Shown: piece by piece, positions 13,011-26,462 of the stretch
How the letters are laid out: every line of letters begins with the position of its first letter
Position numbering within the stretch: position 1 is the stretch's first letter
DNA from: Paragordius varius
Taxonomy: Eukaryota; Animalia; Nematomorpha
Assembly: GCA_964247055.1 (NCBI GenBank)
Contig: OZ176051.1
Location: 9,982,001 to 10,046,000 of the forward strand
Reading direction: 5' to 3'
DNA length: 64,000 bases
Notes under the pieces: generated by a model
Database searches by the model: none
Seen by the model: the letters and a program-made list of their open reading frames with translations, nothing else
Told to the model about the DNA's origin: nothing
Position numbers and translations under genes: made by a program

Positions 13011-15430
13011 TGTTTATTTGATTCTAAGCAATGCAACTAAATTCTTATTAAAATTACATATAGCAATAATATAAACGGAGTGATACATTTTTAATTATTA
13101 TTTAGATGCGCACATGTTGGCTAAATATTTACCTTTGAGTTTTATCTTTGTAAAGTAATATCAAGTTTTTCGAGTGAATTTTATATAATTTCGGTTCAAA
13201 TATCTTATATAAGTGCAAACATTATTGTTTTATAATTTAAAATACTTAATTTTAATAAGCCTGAGGTTAAATACCCTAATTTAAAACAGAGAACCGAAAT
13301 GAATGTGTTGTATTCAAGTGTTAAATAAGACCTAATTTAATTATGGGTATAAACATATCCTAAGAAAAAAAATACAAAATATTTGGCGCCTTTAGTTTTG
13401 GCGTTTGTAAGTATATCAAAAATTTATTTTCACTTTTGTAAGAAGTAAAAACAGATCCCGTCAAAATTCAAAAGTGACGTATAAGCCCCTCAAATTGAAA
13501 ATTGCCATTTTTTTATTATTTATAAAAAGGCCGGGTGCTAAGCTATTTATAGCTACTCTGTCCAGCCCCTAAAATGATTAACCAAATATTGATTATAAAC
13601 CACCTTTCAAAAATCGTAGACTGCTCAGTTATGATAACTTTTTTAAATATTTTATAATGGTGTCTAAAGTGTCTAAGCCCTTTTTGGTCGCCTGAATTAC
13701 ACCGCACATAGAAGATGTTTTTTAAAAGTAATTGTCTTCCTTGACATCCCCATTCCAAAAAAAAGTCAGGCCTCAGCCAACTTATAATTAGTTTTTTGAT
13801 TGGAAAAGCCGAAAGTTATTAAACTAATTCCATTCAACCCTTTTCACAATATTGGAATCAAAGTAATTTGCCCGTAAACATGTATACAAATTTTTGAATT
13901 GGAGAATTTTTTTATATATATGCGCCGTGGGCAATAGAACCACATATTTCTTTCTGATCAACCCCATCCTTGTGAAATGTAATATTGACTTTAAAGCCTC
14001 GTGACAAAGCATATCAGACCATATAATTTTATATTACTAATAAATGTAAGAAATATATCTGAGATTCATTCATAAATCAGTTGCTTTTTAAGAGCATCCC
14101 CTCTAAAATACGCCACTATACAAAATTTGCCTTACAGCCTTTTTTTAATACAGACTATGAAATTAATAAAGATTTATATAGAAAAATTTTCAAGCGCAAT
14201 TTCTATACTAGCTCATGGGTTAAGCTCCACCTATGTGTATTATATTATTATTTTTTCAGTATAACCGTATTAATGCTCATGTTTCTTCGGTGATTTGGTT
14301 CGTATAGTTGTAACTTCCTCAACTACCTTATTAAATTTGAAAAAAACGCCAAAAACGGTTAAATGTTTGAGTTTTTCAAATAAAAAATCAAAGAGTAAAA
14401 ATGAACCATTTCAATTAAAATGGGTTATTTCAACAATCGATGAAGACATCCCAAGTATGCTTTTTTATTTAAACTTCAGAAATAAATGACTCCACTGGTG
14501 TATCTAAGATGCTCATTATCCCATTGGAGTTTAATAGTAATTAATAAAAGGCTTTTAAAGTTGAGTTTCTCGAAAACTTCAGTGTAGGAGATTAATTAAT
14601 TTAATTTAATTAAGAAATATTAAACACATAATCATTAAGCAGTTTAACTGCATAAAATGATTTATTTTATTTAAGTTTCTTGTATTTAAAACTAATATCA
14701 TTTATTAACCGATTAAGACTTTATTGATTATTAATTTTCGCATATTTGACATTTTGTAATAGTTTTCTACCTCAGAGCTTAGGGTAGTAAACAAGCTACT
14801 GTTAAAAGTATCATCGGGTAATTAATTATTATCCAACCCTTTCCTTATTAGATAAAATAAATAGTTAATTTTTATATTTTTTTCTAGAGGTCCGAATTCA
14901 GGTGGCTGAAAACATATTGAAACTAGCAGCTAATATTAAAATGTTTTAATATCCTTATTTGCTAAATAATTAAAATCAAATGCTTTCGAAGTTAATTTAT
15001 ATTATCTGTAATATACATTAGTTTATCTGTGTATACACGATTTAAAAATGAAGAACAATGACCATGAAGAGTTGATTTTTTACAAATAAATGTATCATGC
15101 GCCTAAAAGGCTAAAACCATATTTTTTTGCCCAACGTAAATATAATATTTATATCATATTTGGTCCTGGGTGAAACTAATTCAAAAGATCAGGAAGTGTG
15201 AACAAACCTTCTCTAATAATAACTTTTATTTCGACCAAACTCAACATTTTTTCTGTTGGCATTATTTAAAAAAATGTTGTGTTGGGTTGAAAATATGTTC
15301 AGCTTGAAACGTTTGCTTGGAAAAAATGTTGCTTTTGACTAAAAAATGGTAAATATAATTATTATATGTAAAATAAATTGTAATTATAAAAAAATAATAA
15401 AAAAGTTTAAAAGGTTCCAAATTATTCATA

Positions 15431-15953
15431 CCATTTGTACTTCAAGAGTGTCCTCAGTTAGTCTTTGAACATTCAATTACTCCTTAAATACTAAGTTGGT
15501 CTTTAAAATTAAATTTGGATTAGAATTTTATATTTTATTGTTTTTAACTTAATATTTATTATATATCTATTTATTAAATAATTTTTTTATTAAATCATTT
15601 TTTTGCTTCAAACTATTTTTTCCACTTTACAAAATTATTATCTTATAAATGATTTTATCAATATAATTAATAACCGAGAAAACTTATATATTTTTAATTG
15701 TTTATTAATATAAAAACATTTTTTGAAAAGTAATAAAGATATACGATAATGATTAAAACTTGATATTGATTGCGTTTATGTTAAATAAAGAAAATAGGTT
15801 AATAATGAGAAAATAAATGATTGATACGCTATTTGATTCTTAAAACAACAAGAACTAATTTTAAATGTTTAAGGACCAACTTGTGTTCAAATACCAACTG
15901 AAGTGTTCAAGGACCGACTTGGAATGTTCGAAAACACCTTGAAGTGCAAATGG
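15431..15953. mobile_element. MITE family B (TA-flanked)
   Basis: TA|CCATTTGTACTTCAAG...CTTGAAGTGCAAATGG|TA, with subterminal 21-bp ACTTCAAGTTGGTCCTTGAAC-type units. Confidence 0.85.
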
Positions 15954-17559
15954 TATTAAAGGGTATTAATTTATTTTTTGTAGATTAGAATCGTGAAAAT
16001 CCTATGTTTTATCAGGTAGGTACGTATACGTTTTAGATCTCAATAGTGTTATATATCATATGTTGAATTTAGTTATTGATAAAACAAAAATAATGGTTAA
16101 ATTTTTTAAATTTCCTATTAGTATTTCACTAAAGTAAATACGAACTTTGCAAACATTGTTTAATCAAGTGGTTCTTTTAGCAAAGTAAATATTAATCCCT
16201 ATACGCCCAACTAGTTAACCGTTAAGGTCAAAGGCCAAATCTATCACAAAGCTGACTCTCATATTTTAGTTTGAGTCATCAAACTTTGCAAATATATTTT
16301 ATTTATGAAGATAACTTATAGTAGTTGCAAACCTATTTTCATCAACAAAATAACTTAGTAGATTCAATTAAAACCGATTCTGTATGCCATCTGATACGAA
16401 CGAAATTGATATTCTCGACAAAATGCCTTTTAAAGAGCAGTAGCCAAGATTAATTCTAATAAATTTTTGATTAGGGTGGAAATCACATATTATGATCCAA
16501 CTATAATGGTCGTATTTTTGCAGAACGCTAAACATTATAGGAATCGGTTTGTATACGTGTAAAAACTGGGGCCGGCAAACCTAGGCAGGCGGAAACGTTA
16601 CCGAGGCCCACATTAACAAAGTTACATTTGAGCTGTTATTGATTGGTAATGCTGATAGATATAATTTATGCATTTATAACATTTTAAGATATGACTCATT
16701 TTTTTATATTAAGAATTGTAAAAAAAATTTAGTAATATAATATAATAACATTTACATAAATGCATTATTTTAATTGCATTAAAATACATTCAGCTTGGCA
16801 GAGCCACTTTTTATTAGTCTGCCATTAATGCAAAATCCCGTTTTTGCAACCTAAAAATTCTCAACAATTTTTCTGTATTATCTAAGCATTTAAATTGAAT
16901 ATCAATCTTATTATTAGAATAAAAACTAGCACTGAGCGCTTTAGATCTGTAAAATACGCCACCAAAGATATAGTGTAAACATTTCTGGCTGTAAAGATCA
17001 GTTAAAAACAGTCTTACGAATTGGTTTGATTAATTTTTCATTTTCATTTCCATCTCCTATATATTGCAAAAAAAATAAGGATAATTATCTCTGAGACTAC
17101 CTCACAGCAAAGGGTGGCAGAGCCACCTAGTGTTTAATAAATTATTTTGGTAAGAGCTAAATACACAATATAAAAATATCACTTAAATATAAAACATTAT
17201 TTATAAAGATAAACAATATTTATATAAAACTTGTATTTTTAGATATGTGCACAAAAAGTCCAAAATTTGAGCATGTTAAATGATCTAGTTATCTTAATAT
17301 AAACGCAAAAATGCTGAGATTTTGCAATAAAAAATTAATATATACTAGAATATGGCTCAAAATATTATATTTTATTAATTCGTAAATTTAATTTTAGCAT
17401 TATAGAAGCGTACCCATGCTATTTCGAGAATAGATGGAAACGGTATAAAAAACTTTAAAATATTAAACCAATTGTATAATTCGTTGATGCTGAACATTAT
17501 ATACCTTAGAATTATTATTAACATTTAATTATCTTTTCACATTAGTGTAAGCTATGACA

Positions 17560-17675
17560 TATTGGGTTAGTTTTACCCAGAGCTCAATCTAGTAAAAGTT
17601 TTAGTTAAAATTGATCATCCAACACTGCTCTTCTGTATTGATAAAAGCTTAATTTTGTGACTCTAGAGCCTATGA
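17560..17675. repeat. Dispersed repeat family (CCCAGAGCT core)
   Basis: agtttt-cccagagct-...-aagctta-...-tgtgact block recurs at about 14765, 28210-28365, 46670 and 62100-62240. Termini not resolved. Confidence 0.55.
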
Positions 17676-18677
17676 TATTAATAACAGCATATATATCATT
17701 TATCTTGTTAATGTAGCCTGAAATTATTCATTTTTAACCATAAATATTAATTTACCTGTTGCATTAGTGATTTAAAAAAATAAGAAAAAAACAGCGATGA
17801 AAAATTTTGAGATAAAAATTTTATTACAATTTATTAAAAAAAATATTGTTAGATACGCCCGCTAAAAAAACATTTTTTACTTAATAACAATACTATTTTA
17901 CATATTCGAATTCCCATTTATAAACTATAAAAGTCATGGAGTGTAAACACTTCATGACCTTTGAAGTTTTTATACCAAGATTTAAGAATATTGTATAAAT
18001 AATATTTTTACTATTGAGAAATATAGAAATATGTTTTTTAGCCTTTTAAGCGCATAATAGAATTTTTTTTATATTTATATATTAATATCCCGATCTCAAA
18101 TTTTTTGCACCCGTTTTTTTCTTTATTTTTTTAATTGCTAATACAACAGCCTAATAAATATATTAAAAAAATTATCTTAAGAAAGTTATAAATTATAATA
18201 TGCCAGGAAATTTTTCATGCCTAAAGATTATAATATGTGCTGTTTGCAATTATGTGTCGTAAGGTTCCAAATTTGAGCCTATGGAAGAAAACTGTAAAAT
18301 TATGTACTTCGTCTTTATACAGAAGCAGAGGTAATAATTTTTTTCACCTTAATTAATTACTAATTTAAGGTTCGAAGTAGAAAACTACCCCAATTAAAAC
18401 GAGAAGTTTTAAAAGAGTATATCTTTAAATTTAAGTAGCTATATATTTAAATAAATTTATAAAATTTTAAAAAAACTAACTACACAAGGCACTGGACTGC
18501 AAAGGGTACATATTAATATTGCACAACCTCCGATTTGCGTATATTTCAAAAATGCCATTGAAACTTTAATTATATAAGAATCATGATACATTTTTAACAT
18601 ATTATCTAAATTGTATGAATCAATTGTTTTGGTAACCTTATAATTAAACGAAAATTTAACATTACATTTATAATTTA

Positions 18678-19242
18678 CTAGTCTCGTCCTGCTAGGCAGC
18701 CCGAGGAAGTCTTTCGGACTTCTGGGGGGAGGGGTGGGACAATAAGATTTACATACGTTATTTCGAAACATTATTTAATAGTTATCATAGGAATTTTAAA
18801 ACGGTGCATTCATACTAATATATTGTTTACTTGTGGGAAAAATAGATTTAAAAATTATTTTTATGCATTTTGTCTTTTTGAAAAAAATGGCATATTACGG
18901 TGGGAGCAGGTAAAAATAGGGCCTAAATTAAAAAAGTCAGACCACTATGTTCGGCGCAATCGAAAATAAATAAATAAAAATTATATTTGAAATTGAATGG
19001 TCCAACACGTTCTCCGGAAAATTGCCTCAAAGACACGATTTTTGTGGACTTCTATTTTCAAAAAACCCGTTTTTTACACGGGGTGGGCCCGAACTGGGCG
19101 CCTATTTCAAAAAAAGGGACCGGCTATTGTCGGGGCATTCATTAATGATTATATTTTTTCGATCTTTGGATTTGAATGAGTCTACCGGTTTTCCGGAAAC
19201 AGATCACAAAGCCACCACTTTCCATTTTTATAAATATATAGA
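18678..19242 (-). mobile_element. Non-autonomous Helitron (565 bp)
   Basis: Minus strand reads A|TCTATATATTTATAAAAATGG ... hairpin CTGC-CTA-GCAG, 7 nt, CTAG|T. Inserted between A and T with no TSD. Confidence 0.85.
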
Positions 19243-20995
19243 TTAGGTTGTTTTTTATGTTGCATAATATGGTTTGTCAAAAGAGGGGTTTCCTGCATTT
19301 ATGCACAAAATAACAGTAGCGTGTGGTATAACAAGAAATGGTTGCAATCATAAAATATAATTTTTTAAATTTTGTTTTATTAATTAAGAACTAACTTATT
19401 TTAATAACAATATCTTAACCAATTAAAGAGCAGATTAATAATATGTACATGTGAAAAATCTAAATACTAAAGTACAAAATAGGGTTCGTAAAGACTTTTA
19501 ACATTTTTGATAAAGAGATGTAATACGTTTGTGGTACTACGTACTTTGATGTATTAGTGTGTAATATTACAATATTAATTAATTTTATTCAAAACTTTAG
19601 TCTTGTCATTCTCATGAAATATTTTACAATCTTATTGATATAAGTTCAAGCAAAGTTTCCACATTTTTATCTAAATCAGTAAATTATGATGATTGCTTAC
19701 GATACCTAAGATTACCTTTAGTGGTAACAATAGATAGAGGCTCCATCAACTTGTTTTTTATAATGCGAATAAAAGTACAAGTTTTTAATTAATTTAAAGA
19801 GGTATTTTTTCCTTTGTTTAAACTAAAAAAATGAAATTTAATCAGCAGAAAATACTCTGGTCATTTTATGTCACGTTAGACAATACACATAAAAGAAAGT
19901 TCATCATGATTAAGTATTTTTTTCTCTGAAAAAAAAAGAGTTTCTATATTTTAATTTTATAAATATTTCTGAAGACGTTACCAATTTTTTGCGTGTTAAT
20001 ATTAATATTATATATTAATTACAATCAATATTAAGTGGTCTGGGCATTTTTGTTGCATGACCTGTGTGTATAAAATATTATATATATATATATAATATTT
20101 TTTATATTAAATCTTGAATACATAATAGTTATAGGAATTCGTTAAGTGGTATCGACATTTGAAAACTTGAACTTTAAAAATCGAAAGCTGTGAAATTATA
20201 ATTGTTAACAAAGAAAGGGTATTTAAAATTTTCTGATAGTGTTTCCCACGATACCCCTTTACATAACATTTTATATAATATATGAATTTCAAAATTAATT
20301 ACGTATATATAAAATTAAAACACACACATTTAAAATATTTATATAACGTTAAAATCAAATCCTCTTATACTGTCTGATAACTTTGAGACACCATTTAAAA
20401 CTTTTACACAAATGCACATATAAGAAAAATAATTTTATTTCTATCTGTCACGCAATACTTAACGAATAATCATGATATAAAAACCTCAAATGGTTCTTAT
20501 TTAGCATATGGTTATAATCAAGTCTTGACAGAATTATACATATTATGCATATAAATTCATGGTCAATATGTAAACAATTAGTAAAATTATGCAAAGTTGT
20601 TCCATGTTTTACTATTTATATAATTGTGATGCAGGAGAATCAAAATAGGGGTATTTTCTTGATGCTTGGATTTATATGATAAAACTATCTCACTAATTTT
20701 TTGATTATTTATGATAAGCAAGGGTTATAAAAATTGTGGTAAAAAGATTCAATTTGATTGGTATTAAACTAATTGAAATGTAAAGGGAAAAAATTTTCCC
20801 TATCAATATATGTATTATAATGAAAACAAAGGGGACAACATAGACACGGATAATTAATTAAGATAATGTGTGTGTTACGGTCATAATACTTATTGATGTG
20901 GGATTATTAAATTATTTATTGCGTGTATAAAAATTTAAATAATATTATCTGTATAATTATACAACTTTTACATATCAAAAAATTTTCATAAAAAT

Positions 20996-22297
20996 ATGGA
21001 GATCATTTACAAATCAACTGAAAACTGCCATAACACTGTAAATTTTGGGAATTTATCATTGGAATCAGCTATCCCAGATATTGCAAAACACTATCTCGAA
21101 TTTTTAAAGAATAGCAACGGTATTCACACAAATGATGGGATCATTGGATTAAATGCGCCTTCAAACACCTCTTCATCATCGCCATCGTCTAATAATAACA
21201 TTAATAATATTACAACCAATAATTCAAGCCCTCAAACCTCAGATGAGACAACCAATGATTTTGAAAAAGTTTTGTCCGTTAAAAAGCCGGAATACGAAAA
21301 ATACGTGAAGAAAAACCGATTATTGAAAAGTCATAAATACCCATGCAACGAATACGACTTCAAACCGCCCAAAGGAGACGCATATGAAACGGAGAGTCAA
21401 GGATCAAATATTTCTAGCGAATGCTCCGGATCTCAACATATTAAGAATAAAGAATTATCTGCCCATATTAATAAAACGATTATTAAACTGTTGGAAAATG
21501 ATGGAAAGCATGAAACTTTGAATGTAACACCGACCAAACCTCCCAAAAAAACCATAAATGCAGTTTTGGAATTAAATCCGACAGAAAATTTGCAAACATC
21601 ACTCGAGACTCAAAAAGATGTTCAACGGAACAATTTATTGGAGCAGTATCAAATTTTTTATAAAACAATTATGAAGTCCATGAAAAATAATAATAATCCA
21701 CCCAATTTTAATAATGTTTTGCCTACTCCTGACTTAAGCGTACCTCACACATCTTGGACACAAAAAAATAAAATTGATTCTAATGATACAGATTCTTCCG
21801 GATCACCGAGAAAAATTGTCAAAGCACAACAAAATGAATGTGAATTGGATAATAAAAGAAGTGATCAAACACAAGCGAACGGTTTTAATGAAAATTTAGG
21901 CGTAAAACATGAACACAGCGATATCAGTGATAAGTCATCGGCCATAAAAAATAATTCTGGTAAACCAAGGAAAAAACATGCCACAAAATTATTGTCTAAA
22001 ATCTCTAATAATAACACTGAGGCCGAAAATGATTTAAATATTTGTTGTAACAATAGTAGTAATAATAATATCTCAACATCCTCCACAAGAGATGAATTAT
22101 ATTGGGAACGTCGTAGGAAAAATAATGAATCAGCCAAAAGATCTCGCGATGCTCGGCGCACAAAAGAAGAGGAGGTGGCACTTAAAGCTTCACTTCTGGA
22201 ACAAGAAAATACTATGTTGAAGGCGCAATTGGCTGTCCTTAAAAATGAAACAGCTAAACTACATTACTTACTGTTCCGTCAATATAACATTGTATAG
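20996..22297 (+). CDS. PAR-subfamily bZIP transcription factor (giant/CES-2-like), single exon, 433 aa
   Basis: C-terminal RDELYWERRRKNNESAKRSRDARRTKEEEVALKASLLEQENTMLKAQLAVLKNETAKL; Asn/Ser-rich N-terminus. Confidence 0.92.
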   Translation: MEIIYKSTENCHNTVNFGNLSLESAIPDIAKHYLEFLKNSNGIHTNDGIIGLNAPSNTSSSSPSSNNNINNITTNNSSPQTSDETTNDFEKVLSVKKPEYEKYVKKNRLLKSHKYPCNEYDFKPPKGDAYETESQGSNISSECSGSQHIKNKELSAHINKTIIKLLENDGKHETLNVTPTKPPKKTINAVLELNPTENLQTSLETQKDVQRNNLLEQYQIFYKTIMKSMKNNNNPPNFNNVLPTPDLSVPHTSWTQKNKIDSNDTDSSGSPRKIVKAQQNECELDNKRSDQTQANGFNENLGVKHEHSDISDKSSAIKNNSGKPRKKHATKLLSKISNNNTEAENDLNICCNNSSNNNISTSSTRDELYWERRRKNNESAKRSRDARRTKEEEVALKASLLEQENTMLKAQLAVLKNETAKLHYLLFRQYNIV

Positions 22298-23929
22298 AGA
22301 TAATCACTTTTTTATACCTACATTTGCTCAAAATAATCTAACCTATTCAAACTTTGTTTATTACTTTTTGTGATCAACAAAACAGCTCAAATGACAATCA
22401 ACTCCTGCGCAGGAACAATATTTGCTCACCTTTGCATTTATTTATATTATATCAGAAAATTATTTCATATTTTTTATTTTTACCATAGTTACTGACCACA
22501 AATGCAATATTAGATCATTATTTTTAAACATTGTAGAATATTATAACTAATAACATAGTATAGACACAGATGAATAAATAAATACTTATAGTGAACTACT
22601 ATTATTATCAAACAATATTTATTGCATGTTATAGCCAGACATTAAATAATCTTGAGTCATTAATTATCCGACGATTGTGTAAACAATGTCTGTACTTTTA
22701 ACGAATTATTTGAAAAAAGTTCTTGTTTAATTCTTAATTAAATTTTATCATATACCTAGAGCTATTATTGGCCACAACGGTATTTTAAATGGGTAAAAGG
22801 GATACTAATTTACATGTCAATTGGTATGGATTAAACCACAGGGCTGTATACCTATAGCTTTTCGACTCATTTTCAGCATAAAAAAAGGCGAGCGTCACTG
22901 AAAAAATAAAACAAATGGACAACAAAAAATCATCGACTGAAAATTTAACCACGGTTCTCCCAATTATTCTTATTTTTGTATATTCCGTAAATTTTGATAA
23001 GATATAATTATATTTGCCTACATTTTTAAAAGTTTAAACTACGTTTTTCAATAAAAAAATTATATATAATCTATATGGTTTTCGTTTATGTTTTGAAAAG
23101 ATATTTTTTTCTTTAGAAGCTTATAGTTTACCAATTCAAAGGTAATATGGATTAAATATACATTTAAACGGCATAATGACCCTTTATCGAAAATTTATTG
23201 ATATATATACATATATATATATTTAAAACCTTATTCAAGCCGCTTAAAGCTTTTCAGATTTCAAAAAAATGAAACTTTTAACTAATTTTTCTTTATAAGA
23301 AAATACATATGGCAAATATGATGTCAAAGGACCAAACCACCAATAGATACCTACCCTACCTGTAAATAAACATCTAATAATTAATTGTATATGGCCTATA
23401 CCAAGCAAAATGTGGCTTGATTTAATATTATACGCATACAATAATAAAATAGTTACTTTTTTAATTTGCTATTCCAGTAAATATTTTATTATTTTGATCT
23501 CTATAGCAAACAAAAATTATTTTATGTATACGTATAAAGTTAAATCTTTTCACTGTTAATTTAGCATTTTTATATAACAAAATGTAGGCGATAAGCAAGA
23601 TGAATAAAAAATTGGCTTAAACAGTAAATTTATTAAAATCCGACAACGTATTTTTATTTCCAATTGATATGGATTGCTTTAAATTCTATTAAATCATAAT
23701 TAGAATATCCAATAACTCTCATCATACCGTTACATCCATGTATTATAATTTTATTAGCAAATATTTTACGCTTTAGCACCACAATACTACCGTTTGACAC
23801 CATAAAAAGCTAATATAGGTAGTAAATTAGTTGAAAATTGGATCTTAAATATACGTATATACTATATTGCTTATTTAGCTTAAAAGAATAAATATCCATG
23901 GACCTTAATTGATTAATTTATAATTAATA

Positions 23930-26059
23930 CTAGCTGACCCTGACACGCTTCGCTGCGACGTATCACCGATAATTATTCTTAATAATTTGCAATGATAAAA
24001 ATATAAAAAAACATATTTAATAAACAGTTTGTCTTTAATTATTTTTTTACGGGTTTTTGCATAGGCTCAAATATTGTTTACACGAAATTGACCATATTTA
24101 AACTGTCCCTTTTTAAAGTTAATATTCAACTATCATTGGATTTATTTTGAGATTTTCGTTTTATGAAATCATGGTTAAAAGTTTTATTTTGAAATTGTTT
24201 TCACACAGCTGGGATCAAGGGATATAAAAAGTACATTGGTGGTCCCTTTTAAAGGAAATAATAATATTAAACAAATTCCCCAATGTGTTTAACTCAACTC
24301 GAATAGCTTCTTGAGTTTTTTAAAAATTAGCTCCAAAACCACGTCATTTTTGTATGGCGTTTCAGTTTTAAACCGGTAGGCCCCTGCCCATAGACCTATA
24401 TGGAAAAAGCGCTGTAAATTCTTTGCCGTTAAAGGGCACATATTTGAAATAATCTTTGATACCATCGTCTCATGGGTTAAAAAATACCTCAAAATAATGG
24501 TTATATGATGGGGCATTTTTAGGGCATAAAGGCCCCAAATTAACGGCTAATAAACGCCTTTTTTCCCTAGTTACGGGTAAAAATTCAAGCTTTTAATGAG
24601 CTCATATGGATTCTTATATTTTCTGTAAATTAGCTCCAAAACAAGGCAATTTCTATATAGTGGCGCAGTTTTTCGGGTATCTACTTACCCAGGAGCAGGT
24701 ATAAAAAAGTGTTGAGCAAAATTTAATATGCTTTAGCGGGATTTTCGAAAAATTGCATTAAAACCAAAAAGTCATTCTATGGTGGCGCATTTTTCAGGGC
24801 AAGGGCCTAATTAAGGGGTAATTTAATAAAACCCTACTTAAATTTTTGCCTTTTACGGGTAATATTTAAAGTCCTCATTGAAATCAGATGGCCTGATAAG
24901 TTTTCTAAAATTTGTCTTTAAAGTCACGATGTATCAATATGATGGCGCAGTTGTTGGCGAGTAGCCTCTTACCCAGAGGCCAATATAAAAAAGACGTTCG
25001 ATAATTTTTATCTTTATAGGGGAATACCTGGAATCATCATTCATTTCATATTTTCTTAATAGTTTTTAAAAGAATGGCTTCAAAACTAAATATTAGTTCA
25101 ATGATAGCGCATTTTTAGGGCGTAGAGGGCCTAATTAACGACTAATTTAAAAAAACAGCTCGGAAAAACTTTTGCCTTTTTACGGGTAATATTTCAGGCC
25201 CCTATAAAACTTATATGGCCTGATAAGTTTTCTCAAAATTAACTTCTAAACAACGCAATTTTGATGGTGCAGTTTTAGGCGGGTATGATAGAAAAAAAGC
25301 GCTTGATTAAATTTTTCTTTTTTACGGAAAATACTTGGAATCACGATTGATTCCATCTCTCATTAGTTATTGGAAATACTGCTTTAAAACTAAAAAATCA
25401 TTCTATGGTGGTGCATTTTTCAGGGCGTGAAGGAACTAAATTTTTGCCTTGTCACGGGAAATATTATAAATACCTATTGAACTCATATGAGATAAGTTTT
25501 CTGAAATTTCGCCCCAAAGGCACGCTATTTCGATATGATGAGACAGTTTTAGCGGGTATCTGTTTACCCAGCAGACAATATAAAAAAACGTACAACTAAA
25601 ATCTTTGCCTTTTAACAGGGAATATAAAATCCTCATTAAATTTTTACGGTCTCATACCCTGGGCCAAAAATAGATTCAAAAAATTATTTTTGTGGACTTT
25701 GTTTTTTGAAAAAAATGGCATTTTACGAGGAAGCGGGTAAAAAGAGGGCCTAAATTAAAAAAGCGAGCCGACTATGTTCTGCGCAATCGATAGTAAAAAA
25801 ATCATATTTAAAATTGAATGGTCCAACACGTTTTACGAAAAATTGTCTCAAAGACACGATTTTTGTGGACTTGTATTTTCGAAAAAACCCGTTTTTTACA
25901 CGGAGTGGGCCCGAAACGGGGGCCTAATTCAAAAAAGGGGGAAGCTATTGTGGGGGCATTCATTAAGATTATATTTTTTCGACATTTGTTGAATGGATCT
26001 ACTGGTTATCCGGAAACAGATCACAAAACTAGCATTTTTCATTTTTATAAATAGATAGA
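23930..26059 (-). mobile_element. Non-autonomous Helitron (2.1 kb) with an internal tandem array
   Basis: Minus strand reads A|TCTATCTATTTATAAAAATG ... CGCAGCGAAGCGTGTCAGGGTCAGCTAG|T. About 370 bp at its 5' end is homologous to the 18678-19242 element. Confidence 0.85.
24290..25640. repeat. Degenerate tandem array: about 150-bp monomers arranged as about 280-310-bp dimers
   Basis: tttgcc-tt-acggg-like anchors at about 24432, 24573, 24737, 24855, 25017, 25182, 25324, 25454 and 25615, with alternating tggcgcatttttagggc and tggcgcagtttt variants. Confidence 0.8.
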
Positions 26060-26158
26060 TTATATTTTACCTCTGTCATCCCATAAAAATTGAACTACAA
26101 TTTATTTGTTATCCATCAAAATAGAGTACAATAGTTTTTAACTTTTTACAGAACCTTT

Positions 26159-26160
<2 letters not shown>

Positions 26161-26211
<51 letters not shown>
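26161..26211. repeat. (AT)n microsatellite
   Basis: About 25 AT units. Shorter tracts occur near 34800, 36360, 46270 and 52920. Confidence 0.95.
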
Positions 26212-26212
<1 letters not shown>

Positions 26213-26462
26213 CACCCTAAAATTAGATCTGATAAATATCTTAATTATTTATTTATAATTATTTTCAGGTTCCAATGGTAGTATTTTTTTCAAACATAAA
26301 TTTTTTACAAATAGGAATCATTTATGGCGGAAGGCGCCATCTCCTTATAAATTATAAATCAACAGAAGTAGAGATAGTTAGTCTACTTTGTTGCAGGTTG
26401 GATGTATTAGTATATTCTAGTTAGCAACAGAGACTATAAGAACCCAAATTTTGTTTATATTA

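Noticed and set aside
13540-14290. Possible decayed integrase-like coding sequence (LYTCLRANYF)
   Set aside because: Many stops and no catalytic motif recoverable by eye; too weak to call.
18997-19246. ORFs here and at 25774-26054 that look like a repeated small protein
   Set aside because: They lie within the shared Helitron 5' module, and the frames are not conserved in length between copies.
24290-25640. CRISPR-like array
   Set aside because: Eukaryotic context; units are degenerate tandem monomers without unique spacers, and there are no cas genes.
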